Translations under genes and position numbers: made by a program
DNA from: Massilicoli timonensis
GTDB lineage: Bacteria > Bacillota_I > Bacilli_A > Erysipelotrichales > Erysipelotrichaceae
Assembly: GCF_900199515.1 (NCBI RefSeq)
Contig: NZ_LT963434.1
Coordinates: 1,143,272-1,175,271 of the forward strand
Length of the DNA stretch: 32,000 nt
Direction of reading: 5' to 3'
Shown: one piece after another, positions 21,482 through 29,281 of the stretch
Layout: every line of letters begins with the position of its first letter
Position numbering within the stretch: the first letter of the stretch is position 1
The notes under the pieces: generated by a model
What the model was told of the DNA's origin: nothing
Databases searched by the model: none
Seen by the model: the letters and a program-made list of their open reading frames with translations, nothing else

Positions 21482-21662
21482 CTTTCCCGCACTCCTTTAC
21501 CAGCAGATAAAGATTGCCGATCATCGCATATACAAGCAAGCCGATCAAAAACAATGGCGATGTATGCAAATGATCATCAGCATAAATACCGATACCAAGC
21601 GCAAGCACACAAGAGATCGCCATGCGAAAGGCAAAGCGCAGTGCCTGCTGATAGCCTTTCAT
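21474..21662 (-). CDS. atpZ: AtpZ/AtpI-family small membrane protein
   Basis: I moved the start to MKGYQQALRF (ATG 21662), one nt after the upp stop. The track start at 21728 would overlap upp by 65 nt. It is 62 aa with two helices separated by GIYADDHLHTSPLF, matching the AtpZ pattern G.w.D..lgt.P.f. Confidence 0.6.
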   Translation of the reverse strand: MKGYQQALRFAFRMAISCVLALGIGIYADDHLHTSPLFLIGLLVYAMIGNLYLLVKECGKDE

Positions 21663-21663
21663 C

Positions 21664-22293
21664 TTATTTCGTGCCGAAGATGCGATCGCCGGCATCACCG
21701 AGACCGGGTACGATATAGCCCTTTTCATTTAAGTGATCGTCTAAGGCTGCCAGATAGATATCGACATCGGGATGCAGTTCCTCAATGACCTTGACCCCTT
21801 CCGGTGCACCTACCAAACAAATCAGACGAATATCACGCGCACCCTGTTTTTTCACCATGTCAATGGCCGCCGCCGCGCTGCCCCCGGTTGCCAGCATCGG
21901 ATCCACCACCATCACGATCGAGCGATCCATATCTTTCGGATACTTTTCAAAATAAGGATGCGGCTGCAGCGTTTCTTCATCACGATACATACCGATATGT
22001 GCAACCTTCACCGTCGGAATCAGATTACAGATTCCATTCACCATGCCAAGTCCCGCCCGCAGGATCGGCACCAGCACGATATCCTTTTCCAGCTCTTTCG
22101 TCACACAGCCGCAGACCGGCGTTTCGATCCGCACTTCTTTTGTCGGCAGATCACGGGTAATCTCATAAGCCATTAAACCGCCGATTTCATCAAGATTCTG
22201 TCGAAAATCCTTTGTTTTCGTTTCTTTTTTACGCATCTGTGTTAATTTATGCGTAATCAAAGGATGATCCAACACATGTAACATTATCCTCAC
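21664..22293 (-). CDS. upp: Uracil phosphoribosyltransferase
   Basis: 209 aa: HPL..HKLT..R...T....FR....E...L..YE, then the PRPP loop [14 protein letters not shown], ending [15 protein letters not shown]. Confidence 0.96.
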   Translation of the reverse strand: MRIMLHVLDHPLITHKLTQMRKKETKTKDFRQNLDEIGGLMAYEITRDLPTKEVRIETPVCGCVTKELEKDIVLVPILRAGLGMVNGICNLIPTVKVAHIGMYRDEETLQPHPYFEKYPKDMDRSIVMVVDPMLATGGSAAAAIDMVKKQGARDIRLICLVGAPEGVKVIEELHPDVDIYLAALDDHLNEKGYIVPGLGDAGDRIFGTK

Positions 22294-22349
22294 TCCTTAT
22301 TGATTTATACAGCACACCCATCTTTTTCCCACTGTATAAATACGATTTC

Positions 22350-22378
22350 ATTATAACAAACTCACCTATGAAATACAA
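22350..22378 (-). promoter_or_regulatory. SigmaA-type promoter of upp (TTGTAT-17-TGtTATAAT)
   Basis: Minus strand: -35 TTGTAT (22378-22373), a 17-nt spacer, then the extended -10 TGtTATAAT (-10 hexamer 22355-22350). It lies about 57 nt upstream of the upp ATG and downstream of the terminator at 22424-22456. Confidence 0.6.
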
Positions 22379-22423
22379 AAGTATTCTTTATGAGTTCCAG
22401 TTCATCGGTAAGGAAAATTGCTA

Positions 22424-22456
22424 TGAAAAAAAGGAACATGCTGCTATGTTCCTTCT
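22424..22456 (-). terminator. Rho-independent terminator ending the decarboxylase-regulator transcription unit
   Basis: Minus strand: AAGGAACAT-agcagc-ATGTTCCTT followed by TTTTTTTC, about 60 nt after the regulator stop at 22517. Confidence 0.85.
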
Positions 22457-22516
22457 AAACGAAAAGCGATGAAATACCAATAATCAGTTATTTCGGTTAT
22501 TTAAGAAGGACGTTCA

Positions 22517-24502
22517 TCAAAATTCAGGGAAATTTCGTATATAGTTTTCTAAACAACTGATAAAATTTTCATAAGTCAGATTATGCAGCAGCTCCATCAT
22601 CGCTCTACCATTGTTGATCCAATGTTCAAACTCACCGCCAAACAGCAGTAAATCTTCTTTATGATCATTTCCCAAGATCAATACGATCACGCATTGTATC
22701 GCTTCACGAAAGAATATGACCGGATGCTCCAGCTTAAACACAGAGCAATATGTTTCGCTCGTATAGTTTTCCAGCGTCTTTAAGTAAGCGATCGTATTGC
22801 CGTTCTCTACCGGGTTTAAGGTGTTTCTGATCCGCAGATCGGAATGAATATCACCTTTAATGCCCAGATCCTCCTGTAAACGATCGGCAATGCGATTTAA
22901 CGCTTCTACATCGGAGTTTACTCCTTTCAAGGTGTAAAAGTTCTCTTTGCGGAAAATCTTTTTGAGCTTTGCCAGTTTTTCTTCGATGCGATAGTAGCAC
23001 AGCGCACTGGCGATCTCATCATGCTTTGATATTTTGAAATCAAAGTGCACCACCGGCGTATTGGTCGATTCAAACTCTTCTGCCGGCAAGTCGGTAATGA
23101 TGAAATCATACTGTCCGAACTGAATATCATTTTTCTGATATTGCTCATATACTTTGATATCTCTGATAAAGCGATTAAAACGCTGTACCGTCGCTTCGAC
23201 GATGCTCATCGCCACATCTCTGCCAAAGTAGGAAATCACGGCAACACGGTTGTCCTTCAAAACATCTTTTTCCATGCGCATGATGACCGGAAGCAATAGA
23301 AACGCCATATAAGGCACTTCATTTCGATGGATCTTATAGCCGATGGTATCCGAAAGCCGTTTGCACAGCAATACGGATAACTCGATCGCCAATGAAGAAT
23401 TTTTGATCGTCAGATAGCCCGGTACATAGTCAATGATCAAATTGTTCTGGGCACGCAGACGCAGGCCGATCAAATGCAGCGTCAAACGCTCTTTGAAGAT
23501 GCGATCGGTTTCAAAGGTCGCAAGCCCGCATCGATTTGATAAATAGTGGATCGCATCCTCGGCTAATGCCAAACATTCATGAAACTGTCGTTTCACATGT
23601 ACTTCTTCATAGCGAAGAATGGTACGATAGCCAAGCATGGTGATCCCTAGGAATGCAATATCATCCTCGGTATAGACCAAATCGATTTCTTCTTTGAGCT
23701 TGGCTAAGATCTTCTTGCTCATTTCATAAGAAAATGTAAAATGACAGTTGATGATTTCCTCATCTGTATAAGAAACCTCTTGTCCTGATGAGTTGCGGTT
23801 TTTCAACAGAATGATCGCCAATACGATCTTATCGATCGCTTCCGATGATATACAGTAATTGGCATCCTGTTTCAAGAAGTCTAAGATGACAGCACGAATG
23901 ACCTTTGTCTGATGCGTTGGCAGTTCAAATAACTGCTTGTAGTTTTTTTCTTCATAAACGCTTCCCTGCATATGTAAAAAGGAACCGTGTTCATTCATCA
24001 TACAAATGCGTTTATTGCTTTCTTTGCCGTTTACGATCAAGCCATAATTCGCTTTCTGTTCTAAAAGCAGACCATACTCTTCCAAAACCTCACGTACGAC
24101 ATGCAGGGTCCTGGTGATCAGCGAGCGGCTGCAGTAAATTTCCTCTGACAACGAAGCGATCTTGACATAGCCGTTAGCGGCAATCAAGCGCTGGATCAGA
24201 TAATGCAGACGGGCTTCGTTATTGACATAGGGATAGATCTCTTTATAAGCGTTGTTGTAGATCTCCATGAACTTCTGGAATTTTTCTTTATCCTCGCGAT
24301 GCAGATAAAACCCCAGTCCGCTTTTTGATTCGATGTCGATTCCATATACCTCTTTCAAATGCGCGCTCATCTGTTCAATGTCGCGTCGGATCGTTTTGCC
24401 CGCTGCCCCAATAACAAGTGAGAGCTGACTGGAATTTAAGAATCCGTCATACTCAATCAACTGCATCAGTATGGCATATTGTCTTCTTGAAAGTTGTTCC
24501 AT
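22517..24502 (-). CDS. PRD-domain transcriptional regulator (MtlR/LicR/ManR architecture: 2x wHTH, 2x PRD, EIIB-like, EIIA-like)
   Basis: 661 aa. The N-terminus R.YAILMQLIEYDGFLNSSQLSLVIGAAGKTIRRDIEQM is a DeoR/Mga-type wHTH, and a second HTH lies around aa 100-160. PRD-like helices include KERLTLHLIGLRLR. Length and layout match LicR (641 aa) and MtlR (694 aa). An AGGAGGG RBS is present. Confidence 0.75.
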   Translation of the reverse strand: MEQLSRRQYAILMQLIEYDGFLNSSQLSLVIGAAGKTIRRDIEQMSAHLKEVYGIDIESKSGLGFYLHREDKEKFQKFMEIYNNAYKEIYPYVNNEARLHYLIQRLIAANGYVKIASLSEEIYCSRSLITRTLHVVREVLEEYGLLLEQKANYGLIVNGKESNKRICMMNEHGSFLHMQGSVYEEKNYKQLFELPTHQTKVIRAVILDFLKQDANYCISSEAIDKIVLAIILLKNRNSSGQEVSYTDEEIINCHFTFSYEMSKKILAKLKEEIDLVYTEDDIAFLGITMLGYRTILRYEEVHVKRQFHECLALAEDAIHYLSNRCGLATFETDRIFKERLTLHLIGLRLRAQNNLIIDYVPGYLTIKNSSLAIELSVLLCKRLSDTIGYKIHRNEVPYMAFLLLPVIMRMEKDVLKDNRVAVISYFGRDVAMSIVEATVQRFNRFIRDIKVYEQYQKNDIQFGQYDFIITDLPAEEFESTNTPVVHFDFKISKHDEIASALCYYRIEEKLAKLKKIFRKENFYTLKGVNSDVEALNRIADRLQEDLGIKGDIHSDLRIRNTLNPVENGNTIAYLKTLENYTSETYCSVFKLEHPVIFFREAIQCVIVLILGNDHKEDLLLFGGEFEHWINNGRAMMELLHNLTYENFISCLENYIRNFPEF

Positions 24503-24537
24503 ATCAGCCCTCCTGTTTGATTTTTATTTTTTACACA

Positions 24538-25692
24538 TTATGCAAAGAACATGAGCAAGGCGCCGGCCGCAACCGCAGATCCGATTACACCTGCTACGTT
24601 AGGCCCCATTGCGTGCATGAGCAAGAAGTTGGCAGGATTGTATTTCTGCCCTTCTTTCTGTACGACACGCGCCGCCATCGGTACCGCCGATACACCGGCA
24701 GCGCCGATCAAAGGATTGATCTTTCCTTTTGTTAGTTTGCACATTACTTTTCCTAATAATACACCGCCGGCAGTGCCAACCGAGAACGCGATCAGGCCCA
24801 AGATAATGATCGAGATCGTCTGCGTATTCAGGAAGTGCACCGCGTCTGCTTTTGCACCTACGGTCATACCTAACAAGATGGAAATGATATACATTAACGT
24901 ATCTGACAAGGTCTTAACCAGATTTGGCACAACGCCGGATTCTTTGATCAAGTTGCCCAGCATCAGCATACCGATCAGGGATCCAGCAGATGGTAACAGC
25001 AAGATCACCAACAGCGATACGGCGATCGGGAAGATGACCTTTTCGGTCTTGCTGACCGGACGCAGCTGTTCCATTTTGATCTTGCGTTCTTTTTCCGTCG
25101 TCAGCAGCTTCATGATCGGCGGCTGGATAATCGGTACCAGCGCCATATAAGAGTATGCCGCAATCGCGATCGGTCCCAGCAGATCAGATGCCAGACGGCT
25201 CGTTAAGAACAATGCGGTCGGTCCATCAGCACCACCGATGATACCGATAGAAGCCGCTTCCGGTCCGGTAAAGCCAAGCAGGATCGCACCGACAAAGGTG
25301 AAGAAGATTCCAAACTGCGCCGCCGCACCAAGCAGCAAAGAACGCGGATTGGCAATTAACGGTCCAAAATCTGTCGAGGCTCCGATACACAAGAAGATGA
25401 GCGGCGGATAAATACCTAGATCAGTACCCGCATAGAGTAATCTCAGCAATCCTCCATCATCCATCAAACCGGCCAGAGGCAGATTCACTAACAGCATACC
25501 AAATGCAATCGGGATCAGCAAATATGGTTCATAGCCTCTCCAGATGGCCAGGTATAAGAACAGACATGCAATGCAGATCATGATCAAATAGCCCGGCAGC
25601 ATCAGATTCATTCCAAATAACTCTAACTCAAATAAGTCGAAGATGTGGTAGAACCCTGTGCTTTCCCAAAAACTCTGCAGTAATTCAAGCAT
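24538..25692 (-). CDS. mmdB: Na+-translocating decarboxylase beta subunit (OAD_beta family; MmdB/OadB/GcdB)
   Basis: 384 aa polytopic protein. The N-terminus, ....F..TG........MI.I...LLYLAI.....EPLLLIPI.FG.LL.N.P-like, continues into the [10 protein letters not shown] region. This is characteristic of the membrane Na+ pump subunit. Confidence 0.9.
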   Translation of the reverse strand: MLELLQSFWESTGFYHIFDLFELELFGMNLMLPGYLIMICIACLFLYLAIWRGYEPYLLIPIAFGMLLVNLPLAGLMDDGGLLRLLYAGTDLGIYPPLIFLCIGASTDFGPLIANPRSLLLGAAAQFGIFFTFVGAILLGFTGPEAASIGIIGGADGPTALFLTSRLASDLLGPIAIAAYSYMALVPIIQPPIMKLLTTEKERKIKMEQLRPVSKTEKVIFPIAVSLLVILLLPSAGSLIGMLMLGNLIKESGVVPNLVKTLSDTLMYIISILLGMTVGAKADAVHFLNTQTISIIILGLIAFSVGTAGGVLLGKVMCKLTKGKINPLIGAAGVSAVPMAARVVQKEGQKYNPANFLLMHAMGPNVAGVIGSAVAAGALLMFFA

Positions 25693-25714
25693 TTTGTTTT
25701 ACCTCTCTTTCAAA

Positions 25715-26089
25715 TTATTCAAGTGTTACCAGTACATCTCCTGAAGCAACAGTATCTCCTTTTGCTACACTTACGCTTGCTACCGTACCATCAGCCGGTG
25801 CAACGATTTCATTTTCCATTTTCATGGCTTCCAGGATACACAGGATATCACCGGCTTTTACGCTCTGTCCGGCTTTTACCTGCACATCCAAGATCGTTCC
25901 CGGCATCGGTGCGTTTACTGCTCCTGCTCCGCCTGCCGGTTTTGGTTTCGGTGCCGCTTTTTTCGCAGCTGGTTTCGGTGCCGCTTTCGGCGCTGCCTGT
26001 GGAGCTGCGCTCGCTACTTCGCTGACACCCAATTCTTCAACTTCTACATCATAAGAAACGCCATTTACTGTAATGTTATATTTTTTCAT
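25715..26089 (-). CDS. mmdC: Biotin carboxyl carrier subunit (MmdC-like)
   Basis: 124 aa. The start MKKYNITVNGVSYDVEVEE is followed by an Ala/Pro/Lys linker and a biotinyl domain with EAMKMENEI. The layout matches Veillonella MmdC as recalled. Confidence 0.9.
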   Translation of the reverse strand: MKKYNITVNGVSYDVEVEELGVSEVASAAPQAAPKAAPKPAAKKAAPKPKPAGGAGAVNAPMPGTILDVQVKAGQSVKAGDILCILEAMKMENEIVAPADGTVASVSVAKGDTVASGDVLVTLE

Positions 26090-26100
26090 TTTTTATACTC

Positions 26101-26442
26101 CTATCTCATTAAATTCATACGTCCGGCTTTCGCCCATTCTGATTCATTCTCCGCACTTGGCACGATACTGCGCACCACAAATGCATTCATTGATTTTCCG
26201 CTTGTCGCCGCAACGGCCGCCGCAATGACCGCAACCAGTTCACTGTCATCTTCCTCCTCGATGACTTCTTCCACGATCGGTGCAGCCGCTGCTTTCGGCT
26301 CTTCTTTTTTCGTTCCCCGATTGATGAGGAATGCCACAAAATCAATGAAGTAGGAAATTACAATCAAGGCAACGAATACCAACGCCATACTGAATACGGT
26401 GATTACACCAGAATCAAGCAGTGTGATTTCATTTCCATACAT
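26101..26442 (-). CDS. mmdD: OadG-like small anchor subunit (MmdD-like)
   Basis: 113 aa. It has one N-terminal TM helix (VITVFSMALVFVALIVISYFI), a charged linker, then ELVAVIAAAVAA, the OadG/MmdD hallmark. Confidence 0.75.
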   Translation of the reverse strand: MYGNEITLLDSGVITVFSMALVFVALIVISYFIDFVAFLINRGTKKEEPKAAAAPIVEEVIEEEDDSELVAVIAAAVAATSGKSMNAFVVRSIVPSAENESEWAKAGRMNLMR

Positions 26443-26464
26443 ACTGTTTTACCTCACTTATATC

Positions 26465-27706
26465 TTACAAAAACCAATTAAATACACCAAGCAGACCCAT
26501 TGCCGCACCGATCAGTACGGAAAGAACTGCAAGACCTAACTGCTGCATGAACAGTTTATTTTTATCCGTTTCAGCATTGGCTGCCGAGTAACCGAGCGCA
26601 CCGATTGTAGAAAGCGGTGAACAAGTTACCAGATGCGCACCCAAGCAGACTGCCGCACCTAATGCCGCCGGTGCCACAGCTCCGCCTAAACCGGCTGAAA
26701 TCTCTGTAACCGTAGGGATCAATGTCGGCATTACGACACCGGACGCGCTGGATACTGCCGATAACAGACCGGCCATACAACAGATAATGGAAGACGCTGT
26801 GTTTTCGCTCATGATCGAAGACAGCGCATCGGATAATAACTGAATGCCGCCGACACTGTTAATGACATTGATCAGCACCGAAACACCGCCGACCAAAAGC
26901 AATGTGCCCCAAGGAACACCGGCAATGGATTTCGCCTGATCGCTGGCTTTCAGGATCAGCAATACAGATGAACCAAGCAGTGCCACAAGCGCAATATCCC
27001 AGCCTAAGAACATCGCTGCCAATACAACGCACAGGATCACAGCAACTGTCAGCCACTGATTTTTATTGAAGGAAGGCACTTCTTCGCCTTCGCGCACTCC
27101 CTGATTTTTGATCTTCCAGCCGCCAATGATCGTAAATACGACAGCATACTGTACGATATGGATCACGACTGCGGATAACATAACCGGTGTATATGGTGCA
27201 ATACCGGAAGATTCAAACAATGTTGATGCAACGATGCCGCTTGGTCCAAATGGTGTCAAACCACCAACCAGACCACCGCAGATGACACACATCAGCATGA
27301 TGATATCTTTGATGTTTTCCTTTTTACCGACACTGGTAGCGATCGGACAAAGCAAGGCCGGCGTAACGATCGGACCTGCACCGACTGCCGATAGGATCGC
27401 CGCGAATACAAAGAATAAATGCGGGATCAGTTTTGTTTTACCTTTTGCCAGCTGAATTACTTTATACGCCATCGTTTCCATCGTACCATTGACTTTGGCG
27501 ATAGAGAACAGGAACGTCATGGACATCAAGGTAACAAAGGTGCTTGTCGGGAATCCGGCGATGATTTCTTTACCGGTCATATCCGCTAAGAACGTACCTA
27601 CCAAGAATGCCATCGCAATACCTAAGACACCGGTATTTACATTGGTGAAGTAACCGATTGCAATCGCTACGAATAGGGAAAGCAATGCAATAAGTTCTAT
27701 GCTCAT
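26465..27706 (-). CDS. Ion-transporter-superfamily permease, putative dicarboxylate carrier (MatC/CitMHS/DASS-like)
   Basis: 413 aa and very hydrophobic. A two-fold internal repeat is visible: IAGFPTSTFVTL (aa 49-60) with ILSAVGAGPIVTPALL (104-119), versus IAGVPWGTLLLV (261-272) with LLSAVSSASGVVMPTLI (314-330). From memory the N-terminus resembles the MatC_N (malonate carrier) family. That assignment is not verified. Confidence 0.7.
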   Translation of the reverse strand: MSIELIALLSLFVAIAIGYFTNVNTGVLGIAMAFLVGTFLADMTGKEIIAGFPTSTFVTLMSMTFLFSIAKVNGTMETMAYKVIQLAKGKTKLIPHLFFVFAAILSAVGAGPIVTPALLCPIATSVGKKENIKDIIMLMCVICGGLVGGLTPFGPSGIVASTLFESSGIAPYTPVMLSAVVIHIVQYAVVFTIIGGWKIKNQGVREGEEVPSFNKNQWLTVAVILCVVLAAMFLGWDIALVALLGSSVLLILKASDQAKSIAGVPWGTLLLVGGVSVLINVINSVGGIQLLSDALSSIMSENTASSIICCMAGLLSAVSSASGVVMPTLIPTVTEISAGLGGAVAPAALGAAVCLGAHLVTCSPLSTIGALGYSAANAETDKNKLFMQQLGLAVLSVLIGAAMGLLGVFNWFL

Positions 27707-27725
27707 AAGTTTCTCCTTTCCTTAA

Positions 27726-29267
27726 TTATAGAGGGATGTTTCCGTGTTTCTTCGCAGGACGCGTCTGACGTTTGTTCTGCAAGATTTCAAATGCGGAAAT
27801 CACATATTTTCTCGTTAATGCCGGTTCAATGACATCATCGACATAACCGCGTGCCGCACCGATATATGGATTGGCAACCGTATCTTCGTATTCTTTGATC
27901 TTTTCCGCACGTTTTGCGGCAGGATCGTCGGCCGCTTTGATTTCCTTGCGGAATACGATATTCGCGGCACCGCTTGCACCCATAACCGCTAACTGTGCAT
28001 GCGGCCAAGCATAAACGAAGTCAGCGCCCAGATGTTTTGAACACATTGCAATATAAGAACCGCCAAAGCCTTTACGGGTAATAACGGTTACCATCGGTAC
28101 AGTTGCTTCGCTGTATGCATACAGCATCTTTGCACCATGACGGATGATACCGCCGTATTCCTGTTCAGAGCCCGGCAAGAAGCCCGGTACATCTTCCAGC
28201 GTCAGCATCGGGATATTGAAAGCGTCGCAGGTGCGGATAAAGCGTGCACCCTTGTCTGATGCGTCGATATCCATGCAGCCGCCGTTCATCTTCGGCTGGT
28301 TTGCGATCACACCAACGCTCTTGCCATTCAAACGCATAAAGCCGCAGATGATGTTTTTCGCAAATAACGGCTGGTATTCCATAAATACACCGTCATCAGC
28401 CAATGATTCAATGATATCCATCATATCGTAAGCCTTGTTCGGATTGTCAGGAACGATCGTGTTCAGCTTTTCATCAACACGGTTGATATCATCATCGCTG
28501 GCAACGACCGGTGCTTTTTCCATATTGTTAGATGGCAGGTAGGAAAGCAGTTCTCTGATGCGGGCAAAGCATTCCTCTTCTGTCGCATCCATGTAATGTG
28601 CCACGCCGCTCACTGAATTATGGGTCATCGCACCGCCTAATGTTTCCTGATCGATCTCTTCACCGGTTACCGTTTTAATGACATCCGGTCCGGTAATGAA
28701 CATCTTGCCGATGTTTTCCACCATTAAGATGAAGTCGGTCAGCGCCGGAGAATAGGTTGCCCCACCGGCACATGGTCCTAAGATTACCGAAATCTGCGGA
28801 ATGACACCGGAAGCATTGACATTATTCTTAAAAATATTGCCAAAACCCGCTAACGCATCAATGCCTTCCTGCACACGTGCACCACCGGAATCCTGAATAC
28901 CGATGAGCGGAACACCGCTTTCTAATGCCATGCGCTGTACTTTGCAGATCTTGTCGGCATGTTTTTCACCAAGTGATCCGCCCAGCACCGTAAAGTCCTG
29001 TGCGAAAATATAAACCGGACGTCCGTCGATCTGTCCATAGCCGCATACGACACCTTCACCCGGCGCTTCTTTTCCAAGCATGCCGAACTGCGTGCAGCGA
29101 TGTTCTACGAACGCGTCGATTTCCACAAAACTGCCTTCGTCCAATAAATGATTGATTCTTTCTCTTGCGGTCAGTTTGCCTGACTGATGCTGTTTTTCAA
29201 TCGCCTTTTCTCCGCCGCCCAGACGGATCTTTTCTTTTCTGGCTTTCAATTCATCTAGTTTACTCAT
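27726..29267 (-). CDS. mmdA: Acyl-CoA carboxyltransferase alpha subunit (methylmalonyl-CoA decarboxylase MmdA-like)
   Basis: I prefer the start MSKLDEL (ATG 29267) over the GTG at 29276. The sequence is collinear by eye with Veillonella parvula MmdA as recalled: GGGEKAIEKQH..GKLTARER, FAQDFTV.GGSLGE, GARVQEG, ANQPK..GG, and it ends KKHGNIPL. Confidence 0.9.
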   Translation of the reverse strand: MSKLDELKARKEKIRLGGGEKAIEKQHQSGKLTARERINHLLDEGSFVEIDAFVEHRCTQFGMLGKEAPGEGVVCGYGQIDGRPVYIFAQDFTVLGGSLGEKHADKICKVQRMALESGVPLIGIQDSGGARVQEGIDALAGFGNIFKNNVNASGVIPQISVILGPCAGGATYSPALTDFILMVENIGKMFITGPDVIKTVTGEEIDQETLGGAMTHNSVSGVAHYMDATEEECFARIRELLSYLPSNNMEKAPVVASDDDINRVDEKLNTIVPDNPNKAYDMMDIIESLADDGVFMEYQPLFAKNIICGFMRLNGKSVGVIANQPKMNGGCMDIDASDKGARFIRTCDAFNIPMLTLEDVPGFLPGSEQEYGGIIRHGAKMLYAYSEATVPMVTVITRKGFGGSYIAMCSKHLGADFVYAWPHAQLAVMGASGAANIVFRKEIKAADDPAAKRAEKIKEYEDTVANPYIGAARGYVDDVIEPALTRKYVISAFEILQNKRQTRPAKKHGNIPL

Positions 29268-29281
29268 TTTTATCACATTCC

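Noticed and set aside
21663-21728. Longer 84-aa form of AtpZ overlapping upp by 65 nt
   Set aside because: An internal ATG lies exactly 1 nt after the upp stop and yields a 62-aa protein of typical AtpZ size. A long overlap with a highly conserved upp C-terminus is unlikely.
25900-26030. Repetitive GC-rich DNA (gct/gcc/ggt/ttt runs) that might look like a repeat element
   Set aside because: It encodes the Ala/Pro/Lys-rich flexible linker (AAPQAAPKAAPKPAAKKAAPKPKPAGGAG) typical of MmdC/OadA biotin carriers. This is a compositional feature of the protein, not an independent repeat.
24538-29267. Alternative identities for the decarboxylase: oxaloacetate decarboxylase (Oad) or glutaconyl-CoA decarboxylase (Gcd)
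   Set aside because: Oad needs an OadA with a pyruvate-carboxyltransferase TIM-barrel fused to the biotin domain, and none is present. GcdA is markedly longer (about 587 aa) and its pathway uses a family I GctAB transferase. The alpha subunit here (513 aa, ending KKHGNIPL) tracks MmdA. Substrate range still needs experiment.
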